The notes beneath the pieces are model-generated. The model saw nothing but the letters and a program-made list of their open reading frames with translations, was not told the DNA's origin and ran no database searches. A stretch of DNA of 63,203 bases, filler included, from Intoshia linei (Eukaryota; Animalia; Orthonectida): NCBI GenBank assembly GCA_001642005.1. It is 10 parts of 10 records of this genome, joined end to end, with 100 filler letters (N's around TTAATTAATTAA, not from the genome) between each part and the next. Parts side by side here need not be neighbours in the genome. Positions count along the whole stretch, not along the records: positions 26,973 to 32,138 come from LWCA01001818.1; positions 32,239 to 34,753 come from LWCA01002289.1; positions 34,854 to 36,264 come from LWCA01002630.1; positions 36,365 to 47,032 come from LWCA01001243.1; 6 more parts are not named here. One strand, written 5' to 3'. Of this stretch, positions 29,281-43,500 are shown one piece after another. The translations under genes and the position numbers were made by a program. Numbering within the stretch: position 1 is the first letter of the stretch; the number at the start of each line of letters is the position of its first letter.

Positions 29281-31025
29281 ACTACAATGTATATATTACA
29301 CAGTAGTTAAATCTAATGGAATTAGTATATTAAATAAATTTATAAAATTATTATTTTATTTAAAAAGTAAACTTATATTTCGAAATATTTTTAATTTGAG
29401 ATTTTGATTGGGATGATTTATCAAACCACGGGAAATATTTCTAGTTTAACAAAATTTAAATGGATAGAAAAGTACATTTTAATATTTAAGGATAGATTTT
29501 CTCAAAACGTTTAAACTAATATTCTACTTGAAAGAAATTTTATGACTTCTAAAATTTAGTTATTTGTTTATAATTAACAATGAGACGTAAACCGATTTCA
29601 AATCTTCAAACTGATGATATTCTAATCCACCAAATTATTGGCGCTAATGCAGTTTTGTATGTATTGTACATATAGATTTGTTGATTTTATAGCACTTTTC
29701 ATCAATCAATTACAAAAGAAATCTTGATCTAACCCTAATTTACTTATAAATATTTTTAGTGTTAAATTTTTGTACACCTGTAATTTATTTAATATTCATT
29801 TCTTTTTAATTTAAATGTGATCATGTAATTATCCGCTATCAATTCCATATATATTGAAAAAAAATTTAAATATCTCATTATATACTATAATTAAATTAAA
29901 AATTAAGAAACTAAAATTAATTGAAATAGCTTAGTTGCTATGATGTCAATGAATGATTGTCAATCATTATTTTTTGATAGCGAACCGTAAAATTAAAAAG
30001 AGAAGTATCATGTTGATCAGGAAAATTTCAGCTTTTTATTTGTATGGGTCTCATGCAGATCCTCGAAAAAAGTTTTCATTTTGTTGTCTAGTGTTATATA
30101 TGTTACATGCAATGTGAAAATTATATTTGTGAAGATTAATTGTCTATAGAGCAAACTTTGGTAATTAAAGCTTGGTTTAACTTAGTTATTTAGACTACAG
30201 ACCCTAGTTAAAACTGAAATATTAATATTAATTTTTTACTTACAAACCATTTTACAAAAAAATTAAAAATATTCTATCTATATATAATAATATAAATAGA
30301 TTGTCTGAATTTGTAGCATATAATCCATTATTGCGTTTCTAAAGGTGAATTGACCCGACATGTTGCTATCTCGTATATATTATTTGATCATTATTTTCGT
30401 CATAAAAGTAATTAAAACAGCAACTTAGTTTGCTCCAATAAACTAATAATTATTCATTAATGATTATAATTATATTCAATGTATTAATGACGAAACTACA
30501 CTTGTAATAGTTTAATTAATAAGTTACTTTATAAATATTTATTTACACGTTGGACTAAAATTGTAGTACACAATTTATTAAAATTTTATTATTATTAAAT
30601 AAAAGTTTATAATAAACGTAAGATTGATTTCAGTGAATTGAATCTGTTGTTTACCGGTGCATTGAAAAACAAACCAAAATATATTAATTGTATTGTTCCA
30701 TGATTAATGTTGAATTTACAATAGAATAAAATGCATTTACCTCCTTAATAATTATATTATACACCAATTTTACCATGAGACGACTAGCCGGTTATTATTA
30801 TATTAATAAATGGTTTTATTAGAAACATTAGCTTCCTCAAAAATAAAATATCCATTATAATGTACAATTGAAGCGTTTTGTTAAATAATAAACACAGTTT
30901 CCACGTTTATAATTATCACAACTGACAATTTACATTTTCAAGAATATTATGGTTTCTATCGAGAATACTAACAACACTATTAAACTATTCTCATTTTTGC
31001 GATATTAAATTACTCTGCGTGTTAA

Positions 31026-32138
<1,113 letters not shown>

Positions 32139-32665
32139 NNNNNNNNNNNNNNNNNNNNNNNNNNNNNNNNNNNNNNNNNNNNTTAATTAATTAANNNNNN
32201 NNNNNNNNNNNNNNNNNNNNNNNNNNNNNNNNNNNNNNAATAGCAACAAAATTACAAACTATTTTCCATTGCAAAAATAAATACTTATATATATTTGAGT
32301 TAATATTCACTTCATTCTTCATTCATATTGTACAACCAACTCTATTATGAATATTCTAAATATCCGGTCCCTTGACATTCATATTGTACAGAATCCTCTG
32401 TACAATTATTGTATTACAATTTTTTTTGATAGTAAAGGCGTCAATTGATGAGTTTGAAATTTTTGGTGTATGTTAACTGGAAATAATTATATTTTATTGA
32501 TTTTTATTTTGAATTCTAGGACTATTTTTATTTTTTTAAAAAAAGTAATGTGTTTATGACCCTGAAAAATTAATTTTGTGAAAATAAAATTTGCGATAAA
32601 ATATGACCCTCGAAAAATAAAACATAAAATAACTAACCTAAAATGTAACTTAATATTTTATATAG

Positions 32666-33572
32666 GTAGATTTTGGATTTGCTAAAAAATTAACTGGAAA
32701 AACCTGGACATTTTGTGGAACACCTGAATATGTTTCTCCAGAAATAATTTTAAACAAGGGTCATGATTTTGCTACCGATATATGGTCTCTGGGAATATTG
32801 ACATATGAATTGCTAACTGGATTGTAAATTACCTTAAATAACATAATGTATATATTTAGACCTCCATTTTCATGTAAAGATTCATTATCTACGTATAATG
32901 CAGTTTTACGCGGCATTGATTCAATTAAATTTAATCCAAAAATTGGTAGTCTAGCAAAAAAATTGATTATTAAATTGTGTCGGTAAATTTTTGATAATTA
33001 TTTGCTTAATGGTAACACTTATGAAATGAATTAATTGGTTTTTTGAAAAATGAAAATGGAAAGATTATACTAGGTAACTATTAGGATAAGCAATTTATCG
33101 TTAAATTATCCTTACAAAATATTCAAAAATCAATCACTTAATTTCATTAAATATAGATACAACTATTTTAGCACGCTACCGGCATGTCTAAAATTCGATT
33201 GCAAAAAAAATTTTTTTATTGAATAATTTTTAGTATACAGAAAGATTTTTGCTTTTTTTAAATTAATTTTTTTTTAATTAATATTAGTGACAATCCGTCA
33301 GATCGATTAGGATATACTGATGGATTAGTTGGAATCAGAAAAAACAAATGGTTTGAATCTTTCAATTGGGAATCCTTAGAAAATCAAACAATGCAAGCAC
33401 CAATTACACCTAAAGTATACTACAAAACTTGGTTTGATATAATTTTTAATTATAAAATTAGATTAAAAATCAAATTGATCTTTCCAACTTTGACGAATAT
33501 ACAGAAGATAATACTGAATATCCAGAAGTAGATACGTCTGCATGGGATACACAGTTTTGTGAATTAGATTAA
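32666..33572 (+). CDS. PRKG1: cGMP-dependent protein kinase, C-terminal four exons
   Basis: [78 protein letters not shown]-..SNFDEY..SAWDTQF; GT-AG introns in phase; TAA at 33570-33572. Confidence 0.9.
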
Positions 33573-33659
33573 TTTATGAATAAATTTATGTGTTTATGAA
33601 ATGTTTTTTTGGTAGTTAGGGTTGATAAACACAAATTAATAGATTGTTGGTGACTGAAA

Positions 33660-34189
33660 ATGATGAATATTTTGGTTTTATATTTTACATTTGTATTGTT
33701 TTTTCAAATTTATGGTAAAAATGTCACTTACTTTACAGTGAAAAGTATGCGTAATGAATATCAAACAATTTTAAATTCCAAAAATGATGAAATACAGCTG
33801 TCTTTGGTTCACAGTTCATTGGGTCCAAATGATACAATGGAGGAATATGTAATTATTTAGCAATGCGGCAGTTTAAAACTTTAAATATAGGGAAGATTAC
33901 ATTGTTACCCAATTAGACAAACTAAGGACGATGGATTAATTGAATGGATATATAGTGATGATTTTAAAAATTTTATGATTCCAAGGGGTTTTATGTCTCC
34001 AAAAGTCACAATTAAGTAAATCATTTGCATTCGTTTTTTTATTGTTTTAGAGGTCTTGCTATAGGAAAGTCATTTTTTGGTATGTGTGATTTCAAAATGT
34101 ATTCTGTTGTTAAACAAACGAATGATACTACCTTTATAACCGAATCTATTAATGTTAATCAGACAATGGCACAAACTAATAAATTGTAA
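33660..34189 (+). CDS. Uncharacterised signal-peptide protein (at least 3 exons)
   Basis: MMNILVLYFTFVLFFQIYG signal-like start; two small GT-AG introns keep the frame open (..GRLHCYPIRQ..GLAIGKSFFGMCDF..); ends at TAA or splices onward into the gap. Confidence 0.55.
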
Positions 34190-34273
34190 TTGCATTTATT
34201 ATTTTTCAATTTTTAAATTTAAATGAGTTACATGATTTATGGTAGTGTTTACCAACCTTTTAAGTGTCATGAC

Positions 34274-34428
34274 CAGCGATTGGAAATAATTGATTACAAT
34301 CAATTATTTTGTATAAACCAATTAATTGAAAAATAATTTTTAAACAAACAATTAATTGATTATTTTTCAATAATTTTTACCAATTAATTGTAATTAAATT
34401 GGTTACAATCAATTAATTTCAATCCCTG
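34274..34428. mobile_element. Small foldback MITE built from CAATTAATTG / AATTGATTAC motifs, nested in another element
   Basis: TIR cagcgattggaaataattgatt / aatcaattaatttcaatccctg; GAC on both flanks. Confidence 0.55.
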
Positions 34429-35109
34429 GACATGCCCCTACTTTTATCCTTACGAAATTCCTACGCCCAACCATAATTTATAATAAATATTTCCATGTGA
34501 TATCCAACACAAATTTTTTATGTTTATATATTACTGCGCAACAAATTGGGGTAAAAAGTTAAATTAAAATTGACCCTGAAGATATAATTTTATAAATTTA
34601 ACTTTGTGATAATATTTATGATTTTAAAATCCGTATCAGAGTATATATTTTTTAAAATTTTCGAACACGTTTGATTTTAACAAAAAAGAACAATTGAGGT
34701 TTTTGACCCGTAAGATGTGAGTTTGGGAGGTTTAAATTTATTTTGCTAACACCNNNNNNNNNNNNNNNNNNNNNNNNNNNNNNNNNNNNNNNNNNNNTTA
34801 ATTAATTAANNNNNNNNNNNNNNNNNNNNNNNNNNNNNNNNNNNNNNNNNNNNATATTATATTAACTCTTTGGCTTTTTTAAAATGCAGTCAATTTTAAG
34901 CTAATATCGTTTGCAGTGCAAAAAAAATGTTGAAACCAATTAAATTATCTGAATTTGATATTTTACAAAATTATGGCCGTTACGAAAATAAATAAGGCAT
35001 ATTTTGTGAATTTTTATATATTTTATATAATGTTTTTATCCTTTTTTTAGTAGTTTACAAGTTAGTTAAAAAAAAATGGCGCATTTCATATATTTAATAT
35101 TTTATCTCG

Positions 35110-35590
35110 TAACGTTTTAAAAACATTCCAGGTGGTTATGCTGTAATAAAAGATTTATAATTTTTTACGTTTTGGAGTATCTGTTCCGTCGCAATATTTT
35201 GTATTGTCTTGGAGAATAAAAGGATCTAAACGAATAACTATTTAACTATTTAAATATAATATTTATTAAATTAAAGTTAAAATTTTAAGATATTAAAACG
35301 TGTTTTGTTAATTAAATTTATTTTTTTAGTAGAATAAAATTTACTATTAACTAACGTTTTAAAAACATTCCAGGTGGTTATACTGTAATAAAAGATTTAT
35401 AATTTTTTACGTTTTGTAGGATCTGTTGCGTTGTAATTCTTTGAATCATTTTGATATAGACATTCTAAACGAATAACTATTTAACTATTTAAATATAATA
35501 TTTATTTAATTAAAGTTAAAATTTTAAGATATTAAAACGTGTTTTGTTAATTAAATTTATTTTTTTAGTAGAATAAAATTTACTATTAAC
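35110..35590. repeat. Tandem duplication of about 240 bp
   Basis: 35110-35351 and 35352-35590 both begin taacgttttaaaaacattccaggtggtt and end agaataaaatttactattaac. Confidence 0.85.
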
Positions 35591-35879
35591 AAAACTAGGT
35601 ACTGTTTGTACATAGTACATAACAGTCACCTATTTTAATAATTCTATCTATTCTATCAAAATATTTTATATACAGAATCTTATATTTTGTTAATAATAAG
35701 GTACTGAATATATATAATCACATTGAAAATGACAAAATAGGTTTTAATAATTTTATTTTTTCTGAAATTTATGCTATTTATGACAATTTTTAGGATTAAA
35801 CTGTTTTTACTTTATTTTACTATTATACATACATTTTGTCTAATAAATTAAAGAAATTGAATAATAATTAACGATAACA

Positions 35880-36264
35880 TTAATTATTAACATGGTGGAT
35901 CATTATACGGGTTGACCAGAATTCGTGCCACTAACAGATATAACCGCTAAATCTGTGTCAAAAGCTATATATAAAAATATTATCGTAAGATTCGGTCCGC
36001 ATAAACAAATACAGACCGACCAGAGTAAACAATTCAAAGCAACATTAACTAAACTACTATGCAAACATTTTAAAGTATCAAGTACATCTATTCAAGGAAA
36101 AGCTTATTACCACCAGGAAATTGGTACGGTAGAACGGCTGAATAGACCTTTTCGCGATAAACTAAGAACCAGATGTCAAAAAAATTTTCAAAACTGGGAT
36201 AAAGACATTCAAAAAAACCATTAATTTCCACAATCGTAATTACATGGATCGAATGAAACATCAC
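35880..36264 (+). mobile_element. Ty3/Gypsy integrase remnant
   Basis: VDHYTG*PEFVPL..IIVRFG..IQTDQSKQF..AYYHQEIGTVERLNR..WD (rve core). Confidence 0.8.
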
Positions 36265-36364
36265 NNNNNNNNNNNNNNNNNNNNNNNNNNNNNNNNNNNN
36301 NNNNNNNNTTAATTAATTAANNNNNNNNNNNNNNNNNNNNNNNNNNNNNNNNNNNNNNNNNNNN

Positions 36365-36467
36365 TCTTTTATGGGGCGTTGATGGCTATGCAAGAATCAT
36401 CATGGGGGATAATGATATCGGAATATCTACAGCTCCATTTTATTTTCAAGTTACTAAAGTTAATTAA
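36365..36467 (+). CDS. C-terminus of a papain-family (C1A) cysteine protease
   Basis: LWGVDGYARIIMGDNDIGISTAPFYFQVTKVN* matches the WG.DGY.RI..G.N.CGI motif; the rest is in the gap. Confidence 0.7.
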
Positions 36468-36594
36468 TATTTATAGATTTAATAATACACTGTTTTTTAT
36501 TTTTTTGTCATTTTTCATACTACACATACTACAATTTTTAGTTATAGAGTTATTTCATCAGACTTTTTTTAACATTAAAATTGAATATACAACA

Positions 36595-37599
36595 TCCTAA
36601 CTTATATAAAAGGTTACGCAATTTTTGTTTGTGTGTGTGTGTCTGTCTGTTTGTGTGTTACGCTTTATTTATTTAACTACCAATCTTAGAATTTTTTAAA
36701 GGCCACATTTCAATTACAGTTTTTTTCGGGACGTATATTAAGATAAATTTCAAATTCCCAATTTCACATCTTACGGGTCAAAAACCCCAATTGTCCCTCT
36801 TTTTGAAAATCAAACGAGTTGGAGAATTTAAAAAGATATATAAGCTGATGCGGATTTTAAAATCATGAATTTAAATTTAAAAAAATTATATCTTCAGGGC
36901 CAAAACCCTAAATTCCCTTCCTTTTTTTTTTGAAAACAGCCTCAGAATTTCAAAAAAATTACAGGTTTTACAGTTGTATCCTGTTAACACACACAGAAAA
37001 TTTGAATCCAAATAAATGAGGACTTCACTATCAAAAAAGCATTTACATATGTAAATTAATATATTTTTGTATTTATTTTATATTTTACATTTATTTTTGT
37101 TTTTAGTGAAAATTTTTATAAAATTATAAGAACTTTAAACATCTATAAAATAATAAGTAAACGAGGTAGAATTAAATTTAAAGGTGCAAAGTGAACAACT
37201 TAACATGATGATCAACACAAGACCACTGAAAACATAAATACAGGATCTCATCGTAACATTCCAGTAAATAAAGTTATATTTTAGTTTTTGTAGAACATTT
37301 TTGTATGAAATTTTTTCTTCTTTTCACGATTATCATAAAACTATCACACGCAACTTTATCAGTATTTGGACCTAATTTATAAAATTTTGGAATACCCCTA
37401 GTGTATAATATTAAAAATAGTTTTTAAAATTCTTTACGCAAATGTTAACAAAATAAAATTAAGATGGAATAATTCACTTTAAAGTAAAAAGTAATGTGAT
37501 ATGACGGTTTCACCTGAACAAAATTTGGGATCACTCCTTTAAAGGATAAGAAAGCAGAGCTAGGTGCTGTTTGTACATAGTACAAAACTGCCAAGCTAG
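36595..37599 (+). mobile_element. Apparently complete ~1-kb non-autonomous Helitron
   Basis: A|TC start, (gt)n(gtct)n microsatellite near the 5' end, subterminal hairpin and CTAG|T end, no TSD. The 5' half matches 55340-55893(-) and the 3' part matches 46190-46440(-). Confidence 0.7.
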
Positions 37600-38139
37600 T
37601 TTATGTATAAATAATGACCGCCTCTAATTTCCAATTTAAGTTAAATTTCTTGATTTCAATGATTTTCTGTTCTGTGAGTCACCTGAATTATGTAACATGT
37701 ATATTATACAGCTTTATATTTGTGCAATTAAAAAATAATATGATGAGAAAATACTAATTTAAACTTAATAATATTATTAAACTTGGCTTTATGACGGAAA
37801 ATAAAAATATTTCAGTATAAATTTATCAAAAAAATAAATAAAACCACCCAGAATATATTATATTGATTGAATTTAACAGGAGACTAATGTATCAAGCCAT
37901 ATTTTTTGTTTGGGTAGAAATAAATCAATAATTATTATATAGTCAAAAATATTGCAATTTATACTAACACAAAATCGACTACATTTCCAATACCATTTTA
38001 AATAGAAATATTTAGGTTGAAATTTCGAAATGCAAATGTATTTGTATAATACTTATTTGTATGTAAAATAAATAATATAAATCTTGTATAAACACAACAG
38101 ATACTTATTATCCTTCTAAATAGTTTTGTATTTTATGAC

Positions 38140-39933
38140 ATGACTAAAGATAAGAAAAAGGCAGAACTGTTAAGGAAAATTTTAAATAAAATTTCAAGCA
38201 AAGTTCCTGGAAATTCAATTTGTGCTGATTGCAAAGGTTTTAAATTTAAACGTACATTATTCTCTCAACAATTCACTGTTACGTACTTTAATAATCATCT
38301 ACGTCGCCGTACTACCTGGAAAAGTTTATTTTATTAATAAGGAGTTACTATTAGGGACAAACTTATGAAACATTTTCGAGTAACACATTCTGACAACAAT
38401 GAATAGTATTTTATATGGTTAGTTTTTATATTTCCCCAATGTTGACGAATTGGAGAGAGAATAATGTATATTTTATGTAAAGCTCAATTTTTGTGATTAA
38501 ATTCTCAATTTTACATAGTATTGAATGTATTGACCTAAGAATATAACACACATACGTGTCATCGTACAGAAGATTATTCTATACGTATATTAAATATTTG
38601 GAAATGTGGTGTTTCTTATCGATGGGGCAACTTCTACTAAATGATTTATCATGTACATTTTACATTTTCTTAATTTTTACAATACTTGAAAGGATTAAAT
38701 ATTATATTTTTATTGGTGATTAGCTTTTTTAGTACATTATCAACCCAGCTTCATAATACATTATTCAAACCAATCGAGGGATATTTGTATGTAACAGGGC
38801 TACCAACATTTTTAAAATGAAAAAATACCATTTCAGCATGGTGAATCACCCATTAGTGAGAAATAATTTATAATATTATTAGAATTACAATTAATTATTT
38901 AGAATGTAAAATTAAACCCCTAGTATTTTATGTGTTTTGTTTACCCGGTTTATTATTTAAATTTTATTTTTGATTATTTTTCCATTCCAAATAGATATAC
39001 AAGAAATCTAAAATTTAATATATAAAATATGGAAATAAAACTAACATACAAATAAACCAACCCATATAAAAAGTAATTTAAAGGTAGCAATGTTTCACTC
39101 TTAGGTCATATATATTTTATTAACTGGATTGAATTGTTAATTTTAAACATTTATTATGATTCATTGTAGTAATAGTTCAAATAAAAGAATAAAACTAAAA
39201 TACATAATGTTAACATGTAAAATATAAATCATGGCTTCCCAACCTGGACGGTTTAAAATCTTTGATGAGCGATTTTTAAATTTTAACGTTGTTATAAATC
39301 CTTTTGTAAAACTTGTACTTTTATTTTCTTCTGGCAATTTGTTGTTACATTGTAATTTTTACAATTTTTGTAACTAGAATTGAACCAGACATAAAATTAT
39401 TAATGTCTAAAAAGCAATGACAAGGTTCATAACATTTTAATTACAAAAAACTTGCTTATTTATCAAAATTTTGATTTTTTAAATAGATTATTCTACAGGT
39501 GGGAAATAAAAAATTATATTACCATAAAAATACAAAAAGTGGGTGATGCATGACAAAAGGTTGGAAAGCCCTAATATAAACTATATAAATCAAATTTAAA
39601 TTAGCTAAATATGCATGCTGGGCATCATGGAATTTGGGAATCTTTATATGTGTAAAATGTGCTGGTGCTCATAGAGGACTAGGTACACACATTTCAAGAG
39701 TAAAATCTGTAGATTTGGATGAATGGAATGAAACTGAAATATCGGTAATGCAAAACATTGGAAATGTAAATTCTAATATTGCTTACGAAAATAAATTAAC
39801 CATAGTAGAATATAATTCAATTATGAATGTTTCTCGAGACTTATTTATTAGTAAAAAGTATCGAGAAAAAATATGGCTTATTGATGACTATATAGCACCC
39901 GAAAGAATTCCAATAAACACAAAATTTTTATAG
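38140..39933 (+). CDS. SMAP-like ArfGAP, about 142 aa
   Basis: Exons 38140-38236 and 39605-39933 give [50 protein letters not shown] (CX2CX16CX2CX4R). Confidence 0.9.
38795..39573. mobile_element. hAT-like MITE in ArfGAP intron
   Basis: Ends cagggctaccaac / gttggaaagcccta; TSD unclear. Confidence 0.5.
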
Positions 39934-40555
39934 ATTTTAATATTTACTATTTATCAAATATATATGGTAAAGTGTAAATGAATTTTCAATAAACATTTAA
40001 CGTTAAAATGTTTAATTAATAATTATTAAATTAAATTATTAAATATTAATTATAATGATTCACAAAATATAATATTTTACGTTTACACACTACTACGTAG
40101 CTTGAATATTATTTACTTTGTAGAATCAGCCAGCTCTGCGAGCAGAGTCGAGCCTACCGTAAATGAAAAATAGACCTCTAAAAAAATTTCACAAACGATA
40201 TCGTCATATAGCCCTATCCATAATTAAATTAACATGCATATTAAAATTAAAAAGTTATTCCGATAGAGTTTATTCGAGGGTATCTATAGTTATATTTTTA
40301 AAACTGCGGCTCTTACTGTCTTAAATAAACTGGAATAAATAAATAAAGATACACATAATATTATTATTTTAGCTCAATTAATTTATATACTTTAATTATT
40401 ACAAAAACAAGAAAAAATAAAATTAAAATGTTGATACAGATTGATTGCAATACAATGTTACGATATATTTGTTTGGTTACTAAATTTTGGTAACAAACGA
40501 ACTTTATTAAAAGCGATATTACATAAAAAAATTTAACAATTATAAATATATATAC

Positions 40556-43500
40556 ATGGAAGTAGAAAGTGTGAAAGTTGAATCATTTCAACAACCTGAA
40601 AATGATTTAAAGGAGAAAATACCGCAAAGTTCGGAGAATTTGGTATATAATATAATTTAGAATTTTTATCAATAATATAATTAGGACGTTAGTTCATTAA
40701 ATCCTTTATCTCCAGAAGTCATAGGTAAACAAGCCACAATAAACATTGGAACCATTGGTCATGTGGCCCATGGTAAATCAACTCTAGTCAAAGCCATTTC
40801 TGGTGTTCACACTATTCGACATAAACTAGAAATGGAAAGAAATATTACCATTAAATTAGGATATGCAAATGCCAAGGTTTTTAAAATGAATATTAGTAGT
40901 TACTCTTATTAATAGATTTACAAATGTTATGATGAACGAGTTGTGGCACCAGATTGCTATACATCAAAGGGTAGTGCCCACCCTGATGAGTTTACAGAAA
41001 ATCACCCCGATTATGGAGAAATTACATATAAATTAGTTCGGTAACTTATTCCATTTATTATTTGAGCCATTCTCTGTCATAAATTAAAAAAGCGATAAAT
41101 TTAAATTATATTTCGTTATACGTTATTAGTTTGATTTGTATATTTATATATTATGTATATTTAGGATTTTACAAAATTTTTATAGAAAATTTAACATAAA
41201 AAATAGAATATACTATATACATTCTCAAAAGGAATGTATCACAACTACAATGCACGTCATAAGTCTTAGGCACCCCATGGTAATTAATTTAAACACTTCT
41301 GGTTCATGATTTAAGACATTTTCTTATATATCTAGTGTATGATCAAGAAAAATTTTTTTTAAAAAAATATTTAACAACCTTAAAAAAGTAAAAACTAAAA
41401 AAATTTCAATTTCAAATCTATATAATACACGTTGCACCGTCCTCAAATTCGGATTTTTGGAATTATTCGAGTGTTGTTTGACTTCCAAAGCTGTGAAGAA
41501 TGGGGTTTTAATTGATTTTTTTTTATAATAACCTCTTTCCTAAATGTTAGCATGCGTTTTCTACATGATCTTTGAAATTCAGCTATGCCTACCCCTTTTT
41601 ATATTTTTTAATTATATTTTGAACCGCACATCGGGACAGTATTAAGATTTTACTTATAAAAACCTGACTTTTTTCTTCCTTGAATAAGGACACAACATTG
41701 TGATATCATGATTTAATTGTCTGATGTATAATTTCAAGTTAAATTTAAGAATTATTAACTTTATAATAGATTTTGATCAGAATGTGTAGGGTGCCTAAGA
41801 CTTATGTCGCGCACTATATTCCAATGTTGACTAAAAATGTAATAAGGTACATCGTAATGTTCAGAAAATTAAACTATTGAATTTGCGGTTTGTAATTAAA
41901 AAATATGAGTTCATTATAAAATATATAATTATTTATGTTAATTAGAATTTTATAATTATACTTATATTAATTTTAATTAAAGTGTTAATTTATCAGAACA
42001 TAGAGGTGAAGCACCGTTTTTGTGGTTATAATTTACAATGTGTTAATCCATAAATATATAACAGTAACTAATAAGTTCAATTCGTAACGCCGTAACATTT
42101 TATGCGTATTTTGAACCGAATTTATAGTTTAATTACAAGAATAGATTTTTTTGAATTTCAGAAATATCTGTTAACAAGGTTCTTATCTCACAGTTCAATC
42201 TATTACAAAACCTCAATTAATTAAATATTCACAAGAATCATAAAAAAAGAAAGATTTTCAAATTTTATCATATTTTTTGCGCGTAACACCGTAACGGATT
42301 TTAACTGTAAATGTACGTTTTAGTATTTACTTATATGTAAAATAGTGCAAATAACCATGTTGCACGCTATCATGCGCGCATTTTAAGTTAATCTATGAGT
42401 ATGAGTCTTTGATATTATTTCCTGTAGGTCACTTAAATTTAAATATTTATATTGTATTTGGTAGAGCAGTGTTTCTCAACCTTTTTTACTGGGGGTAACC
42501 CTTATGAAATTTCAAAAAATCGCCGCACCTAAAAGCATGATCAAAATTTTTTTTTCGCATGTCGCATATATAAAAAAATTTGATTTTTAATTAAAAAATT
42601 AATAACACACGGAATTTAACCGGTAAAACCAGTTGCCTCCCTCACACAACGAAGAAACATCCATGCCCGTGAGACATAAATTTTTAGTTAAATATTATTA
42701 TAAAGAGGTAAGTAACTTATTTAAATTATTCCAAGAGAGTTGGGCCAGTAAAAACCCACCTTTACAATATCTCTCATAAAGATAATCTGAATTATTATTA
42801 CTTTTTAAAGACATTTTTCAGGTTCCCATACTCACATCGTATAATACTTTTATTAAAACTTATTTATTTAAATTTGAGAAATGATGTTGTTTCATCGCAT
42901 ACAACAGTAATTTAGAAAAACTTTAAATTGAAAAATATCGCATTTATATTTCACGGAACCCCAATTAAATTTCGCGAAACACGGGTTGAGAACCACTGTG
43001 CTAGAGAGTGGGTTATTTACATTTAAAATAATTTATAGTAATTTTTGTATGAGAAAAACATTTCTAAACAATTTTTATTAGCGGTAGCTCTTTAGTTGGT
43101 GATTTTCCCAAATAAACTCTAAATTGGGCTATATGTATAATATTTAGATTACTAGAGTCCTTAATGGCTCACAAAAAATGTAATTTTATTCTTTGGAATC
43201 TTATAATACAATGTACAACCTTAGAATTATAACGTTATCCGGCATGGTCTTCACCCTGATGTTGTGAGATTCATTTGTGATTACGCGAAATGTTTTTAAA
43301 TATGCATCAATGGTGTCGAAGAAAAAGTTTGACGACTTTTATCGTATGATATTTTTTTAATTTTCTCACCGCCCACTAAAAAATACAAATCAGTTTGGAA
43401 TATAACGGAATACACGTTTCACTTGTATTTTGTTAATCATAAACCTTGTCTTCCGAAAAGTGTTACAACACTATTAACTAAGTTTTTTAACATTTTTTTA

